Shown in pieces: positions 59,688 to 64,000 of a DNA stretch of 64,000 nt. A program made the translations under genes and the position numbers. Source of the DNA: an uncultured Rhodospirillaceae bacterium. Its GTDB lineage: Bacteria; Pseudomonadota; Alphaproteobacteria; Rhodospirillales; UBA2165. How positions within the stretch are numbered: position 1 is the stretch's first letter; each line of letters begins with the position of its first letter. The notes under the pieces are model-generated. The model made no database searches. It was not told the DNA's origin and saw only the letters and a list, made by a program, of their open reading frames with translations. The stretch spans positions 21,608-85,607 of the forward strand of contig CAJWAR010000004.1 in NCBI GenBank assembly GCA_913020445.1, given 5' to 3'.

Positions 59688-60051
59688 AATTTTTCCCCTT
59701 ATCATTATTGATTAACTGCCTCTTCATAGCATTTGCGGTGCAGCACGCAAGACCTGATAAGCATCACTTTTTTGAAGGACTATTGCGGTTATTTCAACAG
59801 ATATGCGTTACGTGCATAGCTGAATTGGGATAAAAACAGCAGTAAATGAAGATTATCAGGCGTATATACTCCGTTATGAAACACGGAACAGTAATACAGA
59901 GATTTTTGGCGCGGCGGCGTTTTTTGACCCGCTCTTTTTGGCGTCACACCACTCATTACCGCGGTCACTGATAACCCCGATAGCGAGCGCGTTCGATAAT
60001 TAGGTGGGACTCCTCAATCGAACGATCTCTTTTAAAATTAAAATTTAAGAA

Positions 60052-60984
60052 TTATTCGACCAGCTCGAACAAGCGGTCCCCCAAAAGGGCCCGGTGCTTG
60101 GCAACCAATGGCGCCACTGCTGCTTGGAAAGCGTAGCGCTCGGCTTCGCTCAGCTCGACCACATCGTTTTCTGCTGGATCAAGTGCGGCCATGACCTCAT
60201 CGTCTTCGGCCTGGGCAAAGCCGCGCTGCGCTTTGGTGGCGACATCGACGGAGGCTTGCACCGCCTGTTGAATATCTGCCGGCCAAGCTTCAAATATCGC
60301 CTCATTGATCATCACCAGAACCATGCCGAAAAAATGTCCGGTCAGCGTGATATGGCGGTGATAATGATAGGTGCCAAACCGGTAAGTATTCGTCAGCGGG
60401 TTTTCCTGAGCATCAATCTCGCCGGATTTTACTTTGGCCACCAGATCAGCAACATCGACATAAGTCGGCTCAAAACCAAGCAGCTTAAAAAATTCCTGAT
60501 GGACTTCGGAATTCATTGAACGCATTTTAAGGCCATCACAATCGGCCGGCGTCCTAATTTCCCGCACCCCATTGGTGAAGTGGCGGAAACCATTGTCCCA
60601 AAAGCCTAATATTCGAACGCCCATTGCCGTCAAAAACTTTTCTTTGAGCAAATTGCCCAATTCACCATCGAGTGCTGCGTAAGCTTTTTCCCGGCTTTTA
60701 ACCACGAAAGGCAGATCGAATATGGCCACTTCCGGCACCCGCTCCGCCATATAGCTTGAGGCGAAATAACACATGGTGAGATCACCAGCCTCGACCATGC
60801 CTGGCAAATCAAACGCTTTGATACCTTTGGTTTCGACCATATTGCCGTCCAGATGATAGTCGACAGCATCACCAACGCGCTTGATCAGTTCATCACCGAT
60901 CACTTCGGCGGCGCGGTTATGCACGGAGGTCGGCGGCTGATAACCACCTAATTCAATTTTTATAGAGCTCATCGAGCACCCCAT
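60052..60984 (-). CDS. DctP-family TRAP substrate-binding-protein homologue lacking a signal peptide
   Basis: DctP-like throughout (DLPFVVKSREKAYAALDGELG, ENPLTNTY). It begins MGCSMSSIKIELGG, and in-frame stops lie immediately upstream. Confidence 0.7.
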   Translation of the reverse strand: MGCSMSSIKIELGGYQPPTSVHNRAAEVIGDELIKRVGDAVDYHLDGNMVETKGIKAFDLPGMVEAGDLTMCYFASSYMAERVPEVAIFDLPFVVKSREKAYAALDGELGNLLKEKFLTAMGVRILGFWDNGFRHFTNGVREIRTPADCDGLKMRSMNSEVHQEFFKLLGFEPTYVDVADLVAKVKSGEIDAQENPLTNTYRFGTYHYHRHITLTGHFFGMVLVMINEAIFEAWPADIQQAVQASVDVATKAQRGFAQAEDDEVMAALDPAENDVVELSEAERYAFQAAVAPLVAKHRALLGDRLFELVE

Positions 60985-61056
60985 TTTATGCTTATTTAAT
61001 TGCAGCCTGTTTAGTCAGCCGGGCCTATCATATCAACCCTTGATTCCGTGCGGGAG

Positions 61057-61557
61057 TTATTCCGGCTCGACGATTTTGAGCGCCCCCTTAAAGCGGGCGA
61101 TAAAATAATGCTTATCGGGTGTCCACCAGCAAAGCTCACCCACGGGCGCAATATCCATATAGTTAGGGTGCTTGGTGATGCCGTATTTTTGAGTGCAACC
61201 CAGCCAAGTCAGGGCAGCCTCTGTTTCCGATAAGGAAAGCGGTCCGATCTCCGAACGCTCGGCTTCAAGTCCAGGGTGATTTTTCAAAAAACAATTGCCA
61301 ACCCGGTTATGACGACAATTGGTCTCGTTGCTGTTGGTAATTTTAACATGATGAACGACGCCCTTAATCACTTGAAAGCCGTCATCATCAAGCATGCGGC
61401 AATTGTCATCCGGCGGAATCTGGCTATGGGCAAACTCACAGCGAAACCAGGTACCGTCGAACGTTTTGGTATCATCAGCTTGCAGCAAATTCGGTGCTAC
61501 CAGAACCACGGCAATTATTAGAGCTATAAATTTCAACATGACGCCTGCTTGTTTCAT
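61057..61557 (-). CDS. Exported Cys-rich hypothetical protein
   Basis: Signal peptide ...LVAPNLLQA. Six Cys in the mature part. The start is 61557 or 61539. Confidence 0.55.
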   Translation of the reverse strand: MKQAGVMLKFIALIIAVVLVAPNLLQADDTKTFDGTWFRCEFAHSQIPPDDNCRMLDDDGFQVIKGVVHHVKITNSNETNCRHNRVGNCFLKNHPGLEAERSEIGPLSLSETEAALTWLGCTQKYGITKHPNYMDIAPVGELCWWTPDKHYFIARFKGALKIVEPE

Positions 61558-61619
61558 TCTATACATATAGTAGAAATAGATTATGACCAAAATAGGGAGC
61601 CAAAAAAAGGGAGACCGTA

Positions 61620-62018
61620 ATGACCATTGAACGCATCAATCCGAGCGACGTCTATGAACCAAACAAGGGTATTTATACCCAAGTCATCAAAGCAACCGGC
61701 GGCACGAGTGTGCTGCTGGCTGGCATTGTGCCCTTCGACAACGATAAAAACATTGTTGGCATCGGTGACATGAAGGCACAGGTGAAACAAGTTTTGCGCA
61801 ATATCGAACATGCTTTGGCTGCGGCCGGTGCATCGCCTTCGGACGTTGTGCGTATTAACGCGCTGGCGACCGATGTTGATCTCTATATTGAAGAAGGCGC
61901 ACCGCAGGTTATTGCATTCTTCGGCGATACCAAGCCGACTTCGACGACTTATCAGGTTCAGCGTCTGGTGCATCCTGATTGGCTGATTGAGATCGAAGCC
62001 ACCGCGATCATTGATTGA
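61620..62018 (+). CDS. RidA/YjgF/UK114 family protein
   Basis: 132 aa with the family C-terminus LIEIEATAI. Confidence 0.8.
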   Translation: MTIERINPSDVYEPNKGIYTQVIKATGGTSVLLAGIVPFDNDKNIVGIGDMKAQVKQVLRNIEHALAAAGASPSDVVRINALATDVDLYIEEGAPQVIAFFGDTKPTSTTYQVQRLVHPDWLIEIEATAIID

Positions 62019-62175
62019 TCTCCGGGCACCAAATTGTGCGTTGCAAGAGGCATTGCGCTGGCGGATTTCATTTACTAATGTCCGCCCACACTTATAAACA
62101 ATTGAAATTCTGCGTGAGTGATAGGTGGGGTACCTGCAATGCCCGCGCAGTGATCCATAAAGGAAACACAATAAA

Positions 62176-62811
62176 ATGATAGATTTATATACTTGGTTTA
62201 CGCCCAATGGCCGTAAGGTCTCGATCATGCTGGAAGAGATCGGCATGGATTACGAGGTTCATCCGATTGCCATTGGTAAAGGCGAACAGAACGATCCCGA
62301 ATTCCTGAAGATCGGCCCGAATAATAAAATTCCGGTAATTGTTGATCGCGATACGGGGCTCTCGATCATGGAATCCGGCGCCATTCTGCAATACCTCGCG
62401 CAAAAATCCGGCCAGCTTATGCCGACCGAAGGTGACGATTACTGGAAAATGCAAGAATGGCTGATGTTTCAAATGGCCAGTGTCGGTCCTATGTTCGGCC
62501 AGGTTCACACCTTTGTCCGTTATGGCGAAGGCAAGAATGAAGAAGCGTCTGAACGCTACCTCAAAGAAGCCAAGCGCATTTACGGCGTGATGGATAAGCA
62601 TCTGGCGAATCGTCAGTATTTCCTCGATTGGGGTTATTCGATCGTCGATATAGCGATCTTCCCGTGGGTCGGCCGCTGTGACTGGCAGACCATTGACCTC
62701 AACGAGTATCCCAACGTCAAACGCTGGTATCTAGAAATAAAAGAACGCCCGGCGGTTATTGCTGGCTGGAACGTACCGGAGAATGATCAACCGATGCCGA
62801 TGCCGGCTTAA
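62176..62811 (+). CDS. Glutathione S-transferase, YfcG-like (Nu class)
   Basis: N-terminus MIDLYTWFTPNGRKVSIMLEE...NNKIPVIVD...ESGAILQYLA closely parallels E. coli YfcG as I recall it. Confidence 0.8.
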   Translation: MIDLYTWFTPNGRKVSIMLEEIGMDYEVHPIAIGKGEQNDPEFLKIGPNNKIPVIVDRDTGLSIMESGAILQYLAQKSGQLMPTEGDDYWKMQEWLMFQMASVGPMFGQVHTFVRYGEGKNEEASERYLKEAKRIYGVMDKHLANRQYFLDWGYSIVDIAIFPWVGRCDWQTIDLNEYPNVKRWYLEIKERPAVIAGWNVPENDQPMPMPA

Positions 62812-62830
62812 CCTAATTAGGAGAACGAAT

Positions 62831-63139
62831 ATGACTGCTTATTGGATGGCCCGATCAAAGATCAATACGCCGGAAAATTATTCAAAATACACTGCCTTGG
62901 TTGGCGATATTTTGAAGAAATACGGCGGCAAGCCGTTGTCGCGCGGCGGCAAGTTTCAAATGATGGAAGGGCCGGATTATTTTGAGCGCTTTGTCATTGT
63001 AGAATTTCCGACGTTCGAGGATGCCGTCGCCTGCTTTGAATCAGACGAATACCAAGCAGCAGCTGAATATCGCCGCGACGGTTCCGGTGAAGTTGAAACC
63101 GTAATTATGGATGCAACAGACGGCATGGGTGCCAACTAA
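62831..63139 (+). CDS. DUF1330 domain protein
   Basis: ATG 62831 follows AGGAGA. The sequence (YWMARSKI...ERFVIVEFPTFEDAVACFESDEYQ) fits DUF1330. Confidence 0.65.
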   Translation: MTAYWMARSKINTPENYSKYTALVGDILKKYGGKPLSRGGKFQMMEGPDYFERFVIVEFPTFEDAVACFESDEYQAAAEYRRDGSGEVETVIMDATDGMGAN

Positions 63140-63157
63140 AAAACGGTAATTTTAAAG

Positions 63158-63189
63158 AAAAAAGGTGGTCTTAGAGCCGCCTTTTTTTT
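63158..63189 (+). terminator. Terminator candidate
   Basis: AAAAAAGGTGG ... CCGCCTTTTTTTT, a short GC stem with one G-U pair followed by T8. Confidence 0.45.
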
Positions 63190-63336
63190 AACTCAAAAAG
63201 TGATCATTTGCTCACTAGGAATGGTTAGGTTGTAAATTATTGTTGAAAATAAATATCTTGTTAGCATAAGGGTAGATGTCTTATAGAAGACCATAAGAAT
63301 ATAAAATCAAATATATAGAGAGGCCCCAGGGAACTT

Positions 63337-63885
63337 ATGTCGAGTGATTTACCGGCTTGGGAAGATAAGACAGAAAAAATTGTCGAGTCTTTTGCCAAGG
63401 TACTGAACATAATCTCAGCAGTCTGGATATTTTCAGTCGCGGCATTGATTTTATTTGATGTCGTCGGCCGGGAGGTATTTTTAACACCTTTCCATGGCAC
63501 CAACGAAATCGTTTCCAATTCCGTGCTGGCGATTTTGATGCTGCAACTTCCCCTGACCATTCTCAATCGCAGTTCGCTCCGCACGACGATCATTTATGGC
63601 AAAGCCAGCACCATGGGGAAAGGTATCATTGATAGCGTGTCTTATTTACTGGCTGGCCTATTGTTCCTCGCCATCGGCATCGGCAGTTGGCCGAATATGA
63701 TCGAAGCCTGGGCAATCCTCGAACAGGAAGGATCGGGCATTGTCGAAATTCCGGTCTATCCGATCAGGACCTTGGTGGTGTTCGTCGGCTTTGTCGGTGC
63801 TGTCGTCTGCAGCCTCCTTATTTATCACTCATTGACCCGGCCTGAGGATTTCGATCAAGACGGCGACGTGGAAGCAGGCGAATAA
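63337..63885 (+). CDS. dctQ: TRAP transporter small permease (DctQ type)
   Basis: Four TM helices. A DctM-like ORF follows directly. Confidence 0.75.
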   Translation: MSSDLPAWEDKTEKIVESFAKVLNIISAVWIFSVAALILFDVVGREVFLTPFHGTNEIVSNSVLAILMLQLPLTILNRSSLRTTIIYGKASTMGKGIIDSVSYLLAGLLFLAIGIGSWPNMIEAWAILEQEGSGIVEIPVYPIRTLVVFVGFVGAVVCSLLIYHSLTRPEDFDQDGDVEAGE

Positions 63886-63889
63886 AATA

Positions 63890-64000
63890 ATGGAACTTGA
63901 TCAAAACACCATCATGATCGGCATGTTCGTTATCATGCTGATCGGCATTTTGGCCGGCATCCATATCGGCTTTGCCTTCGGCATGACGGCCTTGGTCGGC
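63890..64000 (+). CDS. dctM: TRAP transporter large permease, 5' fragment that runs off the window
   Basis: Hand translation MELDQNTIMIGMFVIMLIGILAGIHIGFAFGMTALVG is a typical DctM N-terminus. Confidence 0.7.
   Translation, partial: MELDQNTIMIGMFVIMLIGILAGIHIGFAFGMTALVG

Noticed and set aside
61581-62246. 221-aa minus-strand ORF
   Set aside because: It overlaps the clearly recognisable RidA gene and the start of the GST gene on the plus strand. Its translation has no family features.
1-64000. Search for CRISPR arrays, rRNA/tRNA genes, IS elements, integrases, toxin-antitoxin pairs and known phage-defence signatures
   Set aside because: I found none by eye. There are no spaced direct-repeat arrays, no transposase or integrase-like ORFs, and no tRNA cloverleaf candidates in the intergenic regions I inspected. 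A computational scan (tRNAscan-SE, ISfinder, DefenseFinder) is still needed to be sure.

Overview
This looks like a chromosomal segment from an alphaproteobacterium. The inference rests on a DivK-type response regulator, an RpoH with the QKKLFFNLRKLK box, the order pyrB/pyrC'-plsY-dprA-topA-rnr, and many TRAP transporter genes. All calls come from reading the sequence and ORF translations and recognising motifs from memory; no database search was run.

Layout:
- 1-33 kb is mostly housekeeping: CHASE/GAF sensor, TRAP transporter, ruvX, pyrB, plsY, dprA, topA, rnr, S41 protease, rpmG, divK, hisZ, purA, rpoH, rluD.
- 33.2-47.6 kb is the unusual part: about 17 genes, nearly all encoding exported, lipoprotein or membrane proteins of unknown function. 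I recognised a MotA/ExbB-like channel, a MotB/ExbD-like partner, two TonB/TolA-style anchored proteins, an SLT lytic transglycosylase, an S1 serine protease and a membrane protein with a Lon-like Ser-Lys domain.
- 47.7-51.4 kb is a kinase-less phosphorelay (REC, Hpt, REC-MBL hydrolase) with a cNMP-binding protein and an OmpR-type regulator.
- 51.5-64 kb is a catabolic island: BKACE, cyclases, amidase, dehydrogenases, deacetylase, RidA, GST and TRAP parts.

Main finding: the transcription units of the 33-47.6 kb cluster share a 26-nt upstream motif, AAAAAC-N3-CTCTGGNCCCGNCATAG. It occurs five times, always pointing at the downstream gene and, for four copies, 40-54 nt before the start codon. 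The fifth copy drives no ORF. It precedes a roughly 95-nt hairpin-plus-terminator unit carrying two CCUCCC motifs, which I propose as a small RNA. I put the cluster forward as a candidate undescribed envelope-spanning system with its own regulon.

Other observations:
- A protein-kinase-like gene is interrupted by one in-frame TAA.
- A Crp/Fnr regulator is split by a frameshift in a 5-nt homopolymer.
- The pyrC-like gene lacks the HxH metal ligands.

No rRNA, tRNA, CRISPR array, transposase or integrase was seen.
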